IMG/VR virus record: IMGVR_UViG_3300032303_001313
Span: 81,172 to 145,171 of that record
From: a virus
Taxonomy: Duplodnaviria > Heunggongvirae > Uroviricota > Caudoviricetes
DNA length: 64,000 nucleotides
Direction: 5' to 3' (one strand)
Positions 19,789 to 29,894 of this stretch are shown here, in pieces. Position 1 is the stretch's first letter. Each line of letters opens with the position of its first letter. The translations under genes were made by a program, and so were the position numbers. A model generated the notes under the pieces. It was not told the DNA's origin and did not search any database. It saw nothing but the letters and a program-made list of their open reading frames with translations.

Positions 19789-21987
19789 TTAAACAAGATC
19801 GCACTTTCCTCCAGAACAAGCCCACTCTTGTTCAGCCTTAACATTATTTTGTTCTTCAATAACGTTAGTGTAATCTACCTCTTTATATTCACGCATCATA
19901 TCTAACCAATCTTTCCAGTTATAAACATCTTTCATACAATATGTAAGTTGTTTAAGATCACCATTCATATACCTATCTGCAAATTTTTGGCATCTTTCAA
20001 GATATGCTTTCTTTTCTGTTCCTTTTACCTTTTGTCCAAATCCTAGTAAACTATCACAAGCGGCCCACAAATTATCTTCATAGAGTTGAAGTCCAACTTC
20101 TATTAAACCACTTACAAACATAGCGGCATCACCATAATATTGAATTTGCTCACTTGGTAAGTAAATTGTTGTAAAAGGGGCTTGTGCATAATCTTTGTCG
20201 CCAGCAATTGGAAGTAATGAAACGCCGCAGAAGTATTTGCGATTGGTATAAATAAATTCTGTTACATCATCCCACTCTTCGGGTTTAACATTAATTGTAT
20301 TTGATACATTGTGAACTAGCCACGGTTTAGTACACAGATTTTTATTTGTTCCTGTTATTACCCAGTTTTGTTGAGTACTTTTGACATACTTTAAAAGTTC
20401 TATAGCATTAACTTGGTTCTTGAGTTTTGAACCATCTGGAACCTCTACGCAAAAGGCTACAACATCATCCGAATCATTATTAGACCAAACACTTTCTTCG
20501 CAACATCTTGGGTTTTGTTCCTTAAAATATTGATAGATTGGTTCCATTTTGTTAGCCTGCACTCTGCGTATATATCTCTTAGCATGATGCGGGTGAATAC
20601 CAGAAGATGTTCCTAAAATACAACTAGATGTTCCTTCTGGTTTTACACAAGTTGTTCTTGCTGCTTGATTGATGCCAATAAGTTTAGCAATTTTTGCATT
20701 AACGTCTTTGACTATCTTAGCACCTTTTTTTTGCACTTCTTGATCTAAGCAGATTTCGTGCTGTTCCATAACACCCGTCATAGAAACGCCCAACAACGCT
20801 TCTCGACTTATGATTCTTTCGGAAACTTCTCCAAGATATGGAAACTTTGTAAATCCTGCTTGAAGTGTACCAATTATAGCCGCTGATTCGCAAGCCTCAT
20901 AAAAATCTTCTGCGGTCTTCAATTTTGCACAATTTATAGTAGATAGATTACAGGCTTGCCAACCTGTTTCACCAGTTACTTCATCTACCGGCCACATACC
21001 TATTTCAACACATGGATTTACAATTAGTTCTTTTGAATCAGACCAGACAAATCCGGGTTCACCGAACTCTTTTACAGAATTCATTAACTCTGCAAATTGC
21101 TCTTTAGTTGTTTCATTTCTTATTAACATCGCAGAATTATTTGATCTTCCACGCTGCGGATTTTCTATAAACCAACTGCCAGTTTTTGCTTTTGCCATTT
21201 CATCATCATCTGCTGAAAATACGCATATTGTAGCACTACGACGAACGCCTCCGCTAATAACAGCATCAGCACTAAACATAACTATATCATAGGCTTCTAT
21301 TGGCTTAATCTTATCTCGTCCAGACTTGACAGCGTTATCAAGTACTTTCTTAATATTGTTTAATGCCTTCTTTAGAGGCTCTGGGCCGGGGGCTTTGCCG
21401 CCACTAGACTTTAAATAAGAACCCGCCTGACGAATTTTGGAATAATCAAATACAACATTTTTTCCATTATATTCTGGAAATAGATCACATTTGTGAAAAT
21501 AACTTGAAATTAGAACCCCAACAGCATCAGACCATCCTTCTATTGAATCTTCAATTATGAATTTTTTTGATCCACTTTTTTCTTTTATAAGTGATGGCAT
21601 TTTGTCTATGTGATGCTTTTGTACTGAAAACCCCGTACCGCATCCACACAATAGGAGGTACATACATTCTTGGAAAAATCTTACTCTGTCAATATAAGAT
21701 GCAATACAATTATAGATACGGGCATTATGCTTAAAAATAGGCGATCCGCCAAACTGTAACGCCCTCTGAGAACCAAGAATTTTCTTCTTCTTCATATCTT
21801 CATATGCTTTAGAGATATATTCATTAATCTCTGCGTTATTTATGTCTTCTGGATTAACATACGCATCAACCATCATTTGCTTAACTCTATCAACCGCTTC
21901 ATACCATGTTTCTCTTCTCTTCTTTTCTGGTATCCACCTTGCATATTTTGATACGAATGTATAATTCATCAAAGACTTTAATGACAT
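19789..21987 (-). CDS. nrdJ: class II (adenosylcobalamin-dependent) ribonucleotide reductase
   Basis: 732-aa monomeric RNR-like protein with RNR active-site Cys/Glu regions, as in marine phages. Confidence 0.7.
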   Translation of the reverse strand: MSLKSLMNYTFVSKYARWIPEKKRRETWYEAVDRVKQMMVDAYVNPEDINNAEINEYISKAYEDMKKKKILGSQRALQFGGSPIFKHNARIYNCIASYIDRVRFFQECMYLLLCGCGTGFSVQKHHIDKMPSLIKEKSGSKKFIIEDSIEGWSDAVGVLISSYFHKCDLFPEYNGKNVVFDYSKIRQAGSYLKSSGGKAPGPEPLKKALNNIKKVLDNAVKSGRDKIKPIEAYDIVMFSADAVISGGVRRSATICVFSADDDEMAKAKTGSWFIENPQRGRSNNSAMLIRNETTKEQFAELMNSVKEFGEPGFVWSDSKELIVNPCVEIGMWPVDEVTGETGWQACNLSTINCAKLKTAEDFYEACESAAIIGTLQAGFTKFPYLGEVSERIISREALLGVSMTGVMEQHEICLDQEVQKKGAKIVKDVNAKIAKLIGINQAARTTCVKPEGTSSCILGTSSGIHPHHAKRYIRRVQANKMEPIYQYFKEQNPRCCEESVWSNNDSDDVVAFCVEVPDGSKLKNQVNAIELLKYVKSTQQNWVITGTNKNLCTKPWLVHNVSNTINVKPEEWDDVTEFIYTNRKYFCGVSLLPIAGDKDYAQAPFTTIYLPSEQIQYYGDAAMFVSGLIEVGLQLYEDNLWAACDSLLGFGQKVKGTEKKAYLERCQKFADRYMNGDLKQLTYCMKDVYNWKDWLDMMREYKEVDYTNVIEEQNNVKAEQEWACSGGKCDLV

Positions 21988-22012
21988 TTAATTCTCCTAT
22001 CTGCTTTTTCAA

Positions 22013-22645
22013 CTAACTAAATAATTTTCGAAACAATCTTTCAAGAACAAATTTTAGAACTACTGGTAAGACTACATATAATAGAAGAAATGTAAGAACA
22101 ACAGAACCGCATTTTAATTCTGCGTCATTTTTAATATTCTCAGTGACGAAATCTTTGCAGTCTCGCTTTAATTGTCTTTGTGAATATTTATCGCATGATG
22201 AAAAGTCCATACCGCCCTGACTTGCTATTGTAGCCCACTCACTAGCGTAGTGCAAGCACTTTTTTGCGAGTACGTTTCTTTCTTCGTCGCCGTATTCTGC
22301 ATCAATAGAACTTTCGATATCACTTACATTAAAAGAGCATCCAAATAACTCTTCTGATTTGTCATCATATTTGAAATTGATATCTGGTAGATATTTGAGT
22401 TTTAGAGTTCCACCATCTTTACCCAAAGTCAAGCCTTGTACATAAGCACTCAATTTGATGATCTTACGCCAAGTTACTTTAGGAAGAGATTCGGTAAAGG
22501 ATAAGATTATGTTTTCTGATGTGTCTTTTATGATTTTAATATCTAAAGGTTGGGGGAAACTTATATTTAGATTTTTGATATCATACCCATTCTTTGAGAA
22601 TATAAAATCAACAACTTGTTTTATTTGTGCGATAGGTATATTCAT
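22013..22645 (-). CDS. hypothetical protein with C-terminal transmembrane helix
   Basis: C-terminal VVLTFLLLYVVLPVVLKFVL. Confidence 0.3.
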   Translation of the reverse strand: MNIPIAQIKQVVDFIFSKNGYDIKNLNISFPQPLDIKIIKDTSENIILSFTESLPKVTWRKIIKLSAYVQGLTLGKDGGTLKLKYLPDINFKYDDKSEELFGCSFNVSDIESSIDAEYGDEERNVLAKKCLHYASEWATIASQGGMDFSSCDKYSQRQLKRDCKDFVTENIKNDAELKCGSVVLTFLLLYVVLPVVLKFVLERLFRKLFS

Positions 22646-22646
22646 G

Positions 22647-23135
22647 TTATTTCTTCTGTATTAATGCCCAAGCGAACCCCATGAAAACTTCTGATAATTT
22701 AAGTTTTTCTTCGTCATTTAACTTACTATTATCATCTGATCCAACTGTACTAGTAATTAGTTTTATGATTGAATCATCTAGACCTTCGTACTTATCTTTC
22801 ATAGATTCTTGGAAAAACTTTTGTGCTGCTAATGCCATTACATCATTAACTTGTTGAAGATCAGCGTCATAACCCTTTAAACGGTTAGCAAATTCTTGAC
22901 TAAATATAGCCATCTTTGCACGATCTGTTGGGTCTGTAATTAAATCTGAAACAGGATTAACGATAGATATGATAGTATCGTTTGGTTTATCAATATTAAG
23001 TATTGCTACGTCTGGTTTTGGTACAACAAAATTTGGAATATAGGGCCGTAACTCTATACCTAGTCCTGCAAGTACTAAAACTATGGCTATTACGTTCTTG
23101 ATATTAAGAAACTTTGACATTATTATCCTCTTCAA
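22647..23135 (-). CDS. membrane-anchored protein (N-terminal TM; i-spanin-like candidate)
   Basis: N-terminal VIAIVLVLAGLGI TM followed by a soluble domain. Confidence 0.3.
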   Translation of the reverse strand: MKRIIMSKFLNIKNVIAIVLVLAGLGIELRPYIPNFVVPKPDVAILNIDKPNDTIISIVNPVSDLITDPTDRAKMAIFSQEFANRLKGYDADLQQVNDVMALAAQKFFQESMKDKYEGLDDSIIKLITSTVGSDDNSKLNDEEKLKLSEVFMGFAWALIQKK

Positions 23136-23397
23136 TAACCTTGTTTAAAAGCGGGAATACTTCGTCTAATTTGTCCGAAGCCACCTTTAGGTTATAGGTG
23201 TCGCACTTGGTTTTTAACTGATACCAAAGGCTGACGATTTCAAGAAAACCTTCTTCATTGTCTGATTCTGTGTTCATTTGTTTATCCTTCTTTTTGTTCT
23301 TGAAAAATAGTTTTGATATGATGTATTGTACATCTACAAAGTTTGTGGCAAGAATTAGTAAGCCTGTTGCTACTAAAATAATACTTAACGTTGACAT
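23104..23397 (-). CDS. small membrane protein
   Basis: N-terminal LSIILVATGLLILATNFV TM. Confidence 0.3.
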   Translation of the reverse strand: MSTLSIILVATGLLILATNFVDVQYIISKLFFKNKKKDKQMNTESDNEEGFLEIVSLWYQLKTKCDTYNLKVASDKLDEVFPLLNKVIEEDNNVKVS

Positions 23398-23406
23398 TTT
23401 GACCTC

Positions 23407-23706
23407 TTATTTATTTTTAGAATGATATTGGCAATCTGTTTTGTGACCGTCGCCCTGTACAATAATCCCAGTTCCTCTACAACTACATTTTGCTGGGTCT
23501 GGATTTGTATCATCAACAACGGGTTTGGGAGAAGGCTCAATATTGAAAACTTCTTTTTCTGCATTATTGAATGCTGTTTTGCACTGTTCTTGCCATTCCG
23601 TTACATAAGAAGAGTACATATTTGTTATATCTTCTGGTTCAACACAATACATATTGTTTGAACATCCAGAAATTAATAAACTTAAGATAATGAAGTATTT
23701 ATACAT
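23407..23706 (-). CDS. lipoprotein (signal peptide and lipobox; o-spanin or Cor-like candidate)
   Basis: MYKYFIILSLLISGC lipobox; Cys-containing C-terminus. Confidence 0.4.
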   Translation of the reverse strand: MYKYFIILSLLISGCSNNMYCVEPEDITNMYSSYVTEWQEQCKTAFNNAEKEVFNIEPSPKPVVDDTNPDPAKCSCRGTGIIVQGDGHKTDCQYHSKNK

Positions 23707-23715
23707 ATAAAATCC

Positions 23716-24903
23716 TTAATAAATATTGAATTGAGACAAATTTAAAATATCAAGTTGATATCCAAGTACAGACATTGCATTATTGATTTCTGACATATAA
23801 TATGGTATAAAATTTGGATTACCTTGTACAGATAATAATACCATTTGATTATTAACTATTATAAATTGTGGATTTCCGCTATCTCCAGTAATCAAAGGTT
23901 CATTAAAAATCAACTGATTTGTATCTGTGGGGAAACTTGTTCTAAATTGACTATCGTTTAAGTCAGTAATAGAATTCCAAAGATAAATAAGACTTTTTTG
24001 TTCTTGATCATGATGAATGTATGGTAAAGTATTTCTACTCAATCCATACATGGATGGCAAATATCTGTACCAATCTATCGGCAAAAACTTACAAAAAGAA
24101 ATGCCTGACGGTTGGCCGTTTTCTATAGTGGCGTCAGAATTTAATACAACAATTACCATGTCTGGAGTTGGAGATTGATTTATTGTTAATACTTGCGTAA
24201 CTGTTCTAGTTATAACTTGATTGCTTTCATTAACAAATCTAACTGTATCTCCTATAATTGGATAAAAGTTGGCGTGTTTGCAATATATCATATGTCTAGG
24301 AGAAATTAATGTTCCTCCGCTTGCTCCACCGTGCCTAGAATTCCACGGACTGATAGAAGTAGTATTGACATTAGATATTAAACTATTTATATTTCTAATG
24401 TATGTTGAAGTATCGTGATTTTTTGAAGAAAATAAATTGATTTGTTTTTGTGGAATAGCAGTAACTCTAGAATTCATATCATCAATAATATGTTTTATTA
24501 GACTATTATTAGCATATCCTAAAAATATTGTTTTAAATAATTCAGAGGTTTGATTTAATATATTTATAGATACGCTGATATTATTCATTGTTGCTGTTAT
24601 GTTACATGATCCATTATTTACATGCGTAACATATCCATTTGCTACAGATGCAATATTTGTATTATCAGAAAACCACGTTATTGTGTTAATTCCTTGATTG
24701 TTGATTATTATAGGAGTTAAACTGTAATCAAGACAAGAATTTATATTGTCATATCGTGCATATACTTGATCTTTGGAATTAAAAGTTGAAGATGGTTGTG
24801 AAGAATTTATAATTCTTACAATTGGAGTTTTTGAAATTCCAACCAACTTTTCTGGAATTTTAAAACTTATGTTTCTGTTATTGATTTTAGAAATTATGTT
24901 CAT
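23716..24903 (-). CDS. tail fibre / receptor-binding-like protein
   Basis: Asn/Ser/Thr-rich 395-aa protein immediately downstream of a tail-fibre gene. Confidence 0.4.
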   Translation of the reverse strand: MNIISKINNRNISFKIPEKLVGISKTPIVRIINSSQPSSTFNSKDQVYARYDNINSCLDYSLTPIIINNQGINTITWFSDNTNIASVANGYVTHVNNGSCNITATMNNISVSINILNQTSELFKTIFLGYANNSLIKHIIDDMNSRVTAIPQKQINLFSSKNHDTSTYIRNINSLISNVNTTSISPWNSRHGGASGGTLISPRHMIYCKHANFYPIIGDTVRFVNESNQVITRTVTQVLTINQSPTPDMVIVVLNSDATIENGQPSGISFCKFLPIDWYRYLPSMYGLSRNTLPYIHHDQEQKSLIYLWNSITDLNDSQFRTSFPTDTNQLIFNEPLITGDSGNPQFIIVNNQMVLLSVQGNPNFIPYYMSEINNAMSVLGYQLDILNLSQFNIY

Positions 24904-24907
24904 ATTT

Positions 24908-26200
24908 TTATGGGTTTAAGTTTACTGTTACACCCCTAGATACAAGCGTAGACCTTGCTCCACTACCTATTGGTGATAATGTGGATAATCCTGCGCTTGT
25001 TCCAGCATTTAATGAAACAATTCTACCGGATGGATATAAAAAAGTACCGCTAGTGCCATTTAGATTAGCCAATCTTATTAAAGTATTTTCCACAGATGAT
25101 GAATTTAATCTATGTCCGCTTATAGTTACATCACCATTTACAAGTTTTAATCCTGACCCAAGATTAAAATTAACTAAGGTAGAAGATGACACTCCGCTAG
25201 GTATACTTATTGGACAGCCTATATATTCAATAGATGGTAAAAATATTCCAGATAATGCTGGTAAATTTACATAAGTACCACCAAAAGTAGTAGTAATATA
25301 TTTTAATTTTGGAAAATTTATTTGAGTTAATATTGCCATATTTGAAGGATTAAGTGTTGAAAGACTTTCAAGATTTGGTAAATCTATATTAGACATATTT
25401 GATTGTACGCTAGTAGCAAAAGTTAAATTTCCATTTTCCCAATATTCTAAATTTGGTGCATAAAAATTATTGAAATTAATAACATTAGGAACTATATTTC
25501 CAAAAATTGCTCTTACTTCTGGCATAGAAATAATATTCAATGGAAAACCCGATGATGATCCACCCGCAGTATTTATATTACCATTTAATATCTTCAAATT
25601 TGGAAAATATATTCCCGAACAAGTTGACGATGTAAAAGTTCCTACTGTCATACCATTAAGTCCAACATGATTGAACGTTACCGATGTTGCTCCGCTGGGT
25701 ATATTTGCCCAAGCAATATCATTCGTCCATAAGCCGGGATAATCAAAAGTTTTAGTATTTACTCCAGAACCTTCAATTCGTATAATATGCCGAGTTTGAC
25801 TTGGTACTACAGTAAGAGTTTGAGTGGAAAAAGTACTGAAACCACTAGCAAAAGTATATGATATAACATTCGGATTTTTTTCAATATATGATGTTCCGTC
25901 TGCTATTATTTTTCCACCAGTAGATATTCCATTTCCGACACGCAAATAATTTTTATCTAATGGAATGGCTATTTCACCACTATTCAATACTATTTGAGAT
26001 AAAGCAATATCAGTATCATTTAAGACGCTTAATCTCGCTTCTACAACATCTGGTAATTGAGTGCTGGTTAATTTGAAATTATTAAATGAAATCTTTTTAG
26101 TAATGGCATCGCCACTAGGATTGTCCATAAAAATAAACAAATCATCAGATGTTAAATTACCGCTACCGTCTGGTAATTGATTTATTCTAACAGTTCCCAT
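24908..26200 (-). CDS. tail fibre protein
   Basis: N-terminal LPDGSGNLTSDDLFIFMD...ITKKISFNNF anchor-like motif, then Gly/Ser/Thr/Asn-rich beta repeats. Confidence 0.5.
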   Translation of the reverse strand: MGTVRINQLPDGSGNLTSDDLFIFMDNPSGDAITKKISFNNFKLTSTQLPDVVEARLSVLNDTDIALSQIVLNSGEIAIPLDKNYLRVGNGISTGGKIIADGTSYIEKNPNVISYTFASGFSTFSTQTLTVVPSQTRHIIRIEGSGVNTKTFDYPGLWTNDIAWANIPSGATSVTFNHVGLNGMTVGTFTSSTCSGIYFPNLKILNGNINTAGGSSSGFPLNIISMPEVRAIFGNIVPNVINFNNFYAPNLEYWENGNLTFATSVQSNMSNIDLPNLESLSTLNPSNMAILTQINFPKLKYITTTFGGTYVNLPALSGIFLPSIEYIGCPISIPSGVSSSTLVNFNLGSGLKLVNGDVTISGHRLNSSSVENTLIRLANLNGTSGTFLYPSGRIVSLNAGTSAGLSTLSPIGSGARSTLVSRGVTVNLNP

Positions 26201-26201
26201 A

Positions 26202-26450
26202 TTAAACTCCTAATATGCCAGAAGACCCCGTTGTATAATAAGTAACATCATCGAATCTATTAGTTAACCGTGTTTCATTAGCAGTATATGAATAATTTTT
26301 GTTATATTCAAATGGGCTTATTGATGCTTGATAATTTCCACTACCGCTAATGGGTCTACCGGGCCAGCAATAAACTACAGCAGAACCATTCTGAATAGTT
26401 TCTCGACCAGATACTACGTTTGTTACTACGTCTGTAGTTGTAATAGGCAT
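26202..26450 (-). CDS. hypothetical protein
   Basis: ORF. Confidence 0.3.
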   Translation of the reverse strand: MPITTTDVVTNVVSGRETIQNGSAVVYCWPGRPISGSGNYQASISPFEYNKNYSYTANETRLTNRFDDVTYYTTGSSGILGV

Positions 26451-26463
26451 ATTTTACCTCTTA

Positions 26464-27384
26464 TTAGAAAATGTTTTTTAATGTCCACTGAACTTTTCTT
26501 CGTGGGAAACCATTTACGTTGCTAAATACCCAAGAGCCGTTTGATGCTAACATCTCAGCAGCATCTCTTTCTCTAATCCAAAAACTTCCATCTGGTTGAT
26601 CTAATCTCTTTTCGCCATTGTTCCATAATCCCCAAGAATTTTGAACTAAGAATAGTGTTTCATTATAGATTTCGTGAGTGTCATCCATAGCAATCCAAGC
26701 CATAGCGTGACTCCACGATCCAGACCGTGATGCAATACCGTACTTATCTCTACGGGAACTAAATCCCGAATTACTGCATACACTAATTGAATAACCATTG
26801 AATATTGCGTCTCTGGCTTGCTCTATAGTATTGATAAGACTAATAGTAAGAACTTGGTTTTTCTTAGCAACATCAACAAGTTCTTTTGGTACTCCGCTTC
26901 TTCCCCATCTTCCACCAATAGCACTATATTGCGAAAGATCATATTCTCCATACTTTTGACGCAATAGAATGCCGCCGGTTTCATGAACGAACCGTGCGGC
27001 AGTAGAACAAGTCATTCCCTCTCCGCTGTGGCCTCTAGCACCGTAAATACCTTCTGTAGCACCACGGGTTATGAAATCTTCTCGTTCGCCGTTTATAATA
27101 ATCTCGGAAGAGCGAGTAACGTCTACTGCATTTCGTGTTGCATGACTGACACAATCCCCTTGGACTTGTCTTTCTTGTGGGCCAAATGTTGGATCAAATT
27201 TAAGTAGAGACTTGAATGGTAGAGCAAGTTTACCTTTACCACTACCACTCAAATCATAAGCCGCCACCCCGAATAGTGGGTGTGGAAGTTCTCCTAAAAG
27301 TTTATCAAGTTCCTTTGGATCACAATATGATCCTACGAAACCTTCACGATACGCTTTTAGTAAATCTCTTGGCGACTTAAACAT
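26464..27384 (-). CDS. papain-like (C1-family-like) cysteine peptidase
   Basis: QGDCVSHAT (papain QGxCGSCW-like Cys site), HAMAWIA (His) and NSWGLWNNG (papain NSWG..WG) motifs. Confidence 0.5.
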   Translation of the reverse strand: MFKSPRDLLKAYREGFVGSYCDPKELDKLLGELPHPLFGVAAYDLSGSGKGKLALPFKSLLKFDPTFGPQERQVQGDCVSHATRNAVDVTRSSEIIINGEREDFITRGATEGIYGARGHSGEGMTCSTAARFVHETGGILLRQKYGEYDLSQYSAIGGRWGRSGVPKELVDVAKKNQVLTISLINTIEQARDAIFNGYSISVCSNSGFSSRRDKYGIASRSGSWSHAMAWIAMDDTHEIYNETLFLVQNSWGLWNNGEKRLDQPDGSFWIRERDAAEMLASNGSWVFSNVNGFPRRKVQWTLKNIF

Positions 27385-27601
27385 TCTTAGTGTTATCCTT
27401 TGCCCACTTTACTACTGTGTTAATTACCACAACAGTAACTGGAACAACTAGGGCGGTCATACTACCAAGGTCTAACTTGGTAAGATGTTCACCAAAATAT
27501 GTTAATACAGCCGCTAAACCAACTAATAAAGCATTCTTACCAACAGAAATTAAATCTGTGGTGTTGAGTGCAAAAGATGTTGAACCCTTCTGATCTGCCA
27601 T
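27377..27601 (-). CDS. holin-like small membrane protein
   Basis: 74 aa with two predicted TM helices and a charged C-terminus; adjacent to the peptidase. Confidence 0.35.
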   Translation of the reverse strand: MADQKGSTSFALNTTDLISVGKNALLVGLAAVLTYFGEHLTKLDLGSMTALVVPVTVVVINTVVKWAKDNTKNV

Positions 27602-27602
27602 G

Positions 27603-28232
27603 TTATATCTCCTTGATTATTGAAATACTAATTAGAAATCCACCTTGCTCTTTTTCGTTAATCTTATAGGGAAATCCTATCATTTTAACTAATTTACTAT
27701 CTACTGTACTTACTGTTTTGACTAATTCTCGGTTCATTTCTAGGCACGATTTTAATTCATTGAACAGTTTTTCTCGGTCTTTTTCTTCTATGTAGTTAAG
27801 CCAGTTGTATCCATCCACATCGCTAATTACATCTTGTGTAAGTTCGAAAAAGTTATTGTTTGTCCAAACTAATCTTCCCTGACTATCTGTTTCAAAAAGT
27901 GCTGCACTATGATAATGTAAAGATGCTTTTGTTCGTTGTTCTATTACTATTTGTCTTTTATCCATCTTATTTACAGTGTTTTTAAGATCATTTATAGAGT
28001 CTTTGAGACTATTACCACCATTAGTGGTTAGTTCTTTTTTGATTGTGTCTAGAGATTTGAATACTTCTTCTTGTCCACTCATTAGTTTCATAGCGGGTTT
28101 GATCATTTTCATCCATAATAGGCTAAAAAATGTACCTATTCCGCCAAGAATGCTGAATAATAGCGTTATGTGATCTGGATTTGTGAGGTCTACCATATAA
28201 TCCTCCAAGGAGAAAGATATCCAGTGCCTCAA
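27603..28232 (-). CDS. membrane-anchored PAS-like domain protein
   Basis: N-terminal TM (LLFSILGGIGTFFSLLWM) and a C-terminal PAS-like sequence (DSQGRLVWTNNNFFELT...). Confidence 0.3.
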   Translation of the reverse strand: MRHWISFSLEDYMVDLTNPDHITLLFSILGGIGTFFSLLWMKMIKPAMKLMSGQEEVFKSLDTIKKELTTNGGNSLKDSINDLKNTVNKMDKRQIVIEQRTKASLHYHSAALFETDSQGRLVWTNNNFFELTQDVISDVDGYNWLNYIEEKDREKLFNELKSCLEMNRELVKTVSTVDSKLVKMIGFPYKINEKEQGGFLISISIIKEI

Positions 28233-28269
28233 AGCGAGGCACTGGTGCTACAGAATAATACAGAACGAA

Positions 28270-28890
28270 TTATTCGTTACTATCTTTAGCCTTATACGCA
28301 ACATTTCTTGTTGGAAGTGGTGCGCCGAATCTATAGGTAAGTTCGCCGGGAACTGCTCTTGTTGGTGACGCAGCATCATCAATAGCAGGGAAGTTTCCGC
28401 TCGTTGAAACGTATGTCACAGCAGTACCAGCACCCGTACCTTTTGTACGACCGGGAACCACACCGCTAGAAGGAACAGCATATAGATCGAACTTAGCGGT
28501 AGCGTAAGTACCAAACTGAGTTGTTTTTAGGTTCTTGTTAATAACCTGACCAACTGCCCCACCGGGAATAGTTAGAAGGGTTGAACCAGAACCATTGATA
28601 GAACCAGCGTTGATATCGCCAGCAGCCATAAAGAGATAGCCGCTTCCATAAGGTGGAGTATAGGCAAATGTGCCTGCACTTCTAACCTTGATAACTCCCT
28701 TGGGATCGGTAAATCCGATTTGCCCACTAGCGGAGTCTTGCACAACAGTTGTGCCATAAGCAGCAACTGCTGGAAGATTTTTGATTAAAGATAATTCACG
28801 AATATTGTATTCTGGTGAACTACCAATATTTAGTATAACGCCGCCATTGTTACGAAAAACCGTTCCAGAACCCGCTGTAGTGGTTGCCAT
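28270..28890 (-). CDS. Gly/Thr/Ala-rich protein (possible virion protein)
   Basis: GC-elevated ORF with a strong AAGGAG RBS; beta-rich composition. Confidence 0.3.
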   Translation of the reverse strand: MATTTAGSGTVFRNNGGVILNIGSSPEYNIRELSLIKNLPAVAAYGTTVVQDSASGQIGFTDPKGVIKVRSAGTFAYTPPYGSGYLFMAAGDINAGSINGSGSTLLTIPGGAVGQVINKNLKTTQFGTYATAKFDLYAVPSSGVVPGRTKGTGAGTAVTYVSTSGNFPAIDDAASPTRAVPGELTYRFGAPLPTRNVAYKAKDSNE

Positions 28891-28974
28891 AATCTTCTCC
28901 TTGAAAAAGTATTGGTGTAAAGTATTGCATCCACTTATCCTTTATGCGTCCAGTTCCTATTGTCATATACACAT

Positions 28975-29475
28975 TTAGTTGAATTTATGCCTTATACCAT
29001 CGGCCAATTTGTGTATTTTTCGTCTTACACTTTCTCTATTTTTGCCTACATTTTCAGCAATTTCTGATATAGTCATATTACTCATTTTATGATTAATGAG
29101 TTGTTGATCATCTTCATTAGGAAACTCGTCCATTAAATCTATCATGAAAAATGGATTTTCATTTGAAGGAACGTTGCTATGAAGTTTCCCGTGGCATTTA
29201 TTCTTATTGCTAAATTTTATCTCTTTCATACATTCTATAAATACGCCGCGATAAAGGTAGGTTGTAAACTTAGCCCCTTTCTTTTCATCGTGATTTAAGA
29301 AAGTCTTCCAAAGAGCATTAAGTTGGCAAGTCTTAATAGTGTCTGAGTCCAACTGATTCCTAAACCTTCGTGCGGACTTGTTCATAATCTTGAGAATATT
29401 CTCGTCTTGCATAGCAATTTCAAGTTTAGAATCAATGTCAGTCATTCTTTTCTCCTTTAATAAGTTCTTGCTCAA
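28975..29475 (-). CDS. phage sigma factor (regions 2 and 4)
   Basis: KFTTYLYRGVFIECMKEI (region 2.2/2.3-like) and the C-terminal HTH ISEIAENVGKNRESVRRKIHKLADGIRHK (region 4). Confidence 0.5.
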   Translation of the reverse strand: MSKNLLKEKRMTDIDSKLEIAMQDENILKIMNKSARRFRNQLDSDTIKTCQLNALWKTFLNHDEKKGAKFTTYLYRGVFIECMKEIKFSNKNKCHGKLHSNVPSNENPFFMIDLMDEFPNEDDQQLINHKMSNMTISEIAENVGKNRESVRRKIHKLADGIRHKFN

Positions 29476-29884
29476 TGTCGTATCTTACGTCTTGGAAGTC
29501 AAACATTTGTCCTATTCCAACAAAAAATCTGTATCTACTAAATACTTTCAATATTTCTACCCCTTTTATTTTATTTAGAATATCTTTTATTCTAGGCGTT
29601 ATATCAAAGTTAGTATGACCAATCCAGCAGTCGAAGTTTGAAAGCATAGCAACATCTTCAACGACTTGCGGCGTAATTGGTAATAACTTACTTATCGCTA
29701 TTGGTGAATGCTTCTTATCATCCTCTTCAAACGAGTCATCATCTTCATCATCTTCGTCCTCGTCTTCTTCCGAATGTATAGAAAGCATATTTTGTACAAC
29801 ATTTTGCAATATTGGGCAACTTATCTGCTTCTCAACATAATCTTCATATTTTTGCCACCCTATCTTTTTTTGAGTCTTTGACAT
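29438..29884 (-). CDS. acidic protein (poly-Asp/Glu tract)
   Basis: EEDEDEDDEDDDSFEEDD tract; overlaps the sigma-factor gene start. Confidence 0.3.
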   Translation of the reverse strand: MSKTQKKIGWQKYEDYVEKQISCPILQNVVQNMLSIHSEEDEDEDDEDDDSFEEDDKKHSPIAISKLLPITPQVVEDVAMLSNFDCWIGHTNFDITPRIKDILNKIKGVEILKVFSRYRFFVGIGQMFDFQDVRYDIEQELIKGEKND

Positions 29885-29894
29885 TTAGTTCTCC

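Noticed and set aside
23716-24903. The SGGTLISPRHMIYCKHA segment in the tail-fibre-like protein resembling the trypsin N-terminal/His region
   Set aside because: No GDSGGP serine motif or catalytic Asp in the right order was found. The resemblance is short and probably coincidental, or it is a degenerate fold used for binding.
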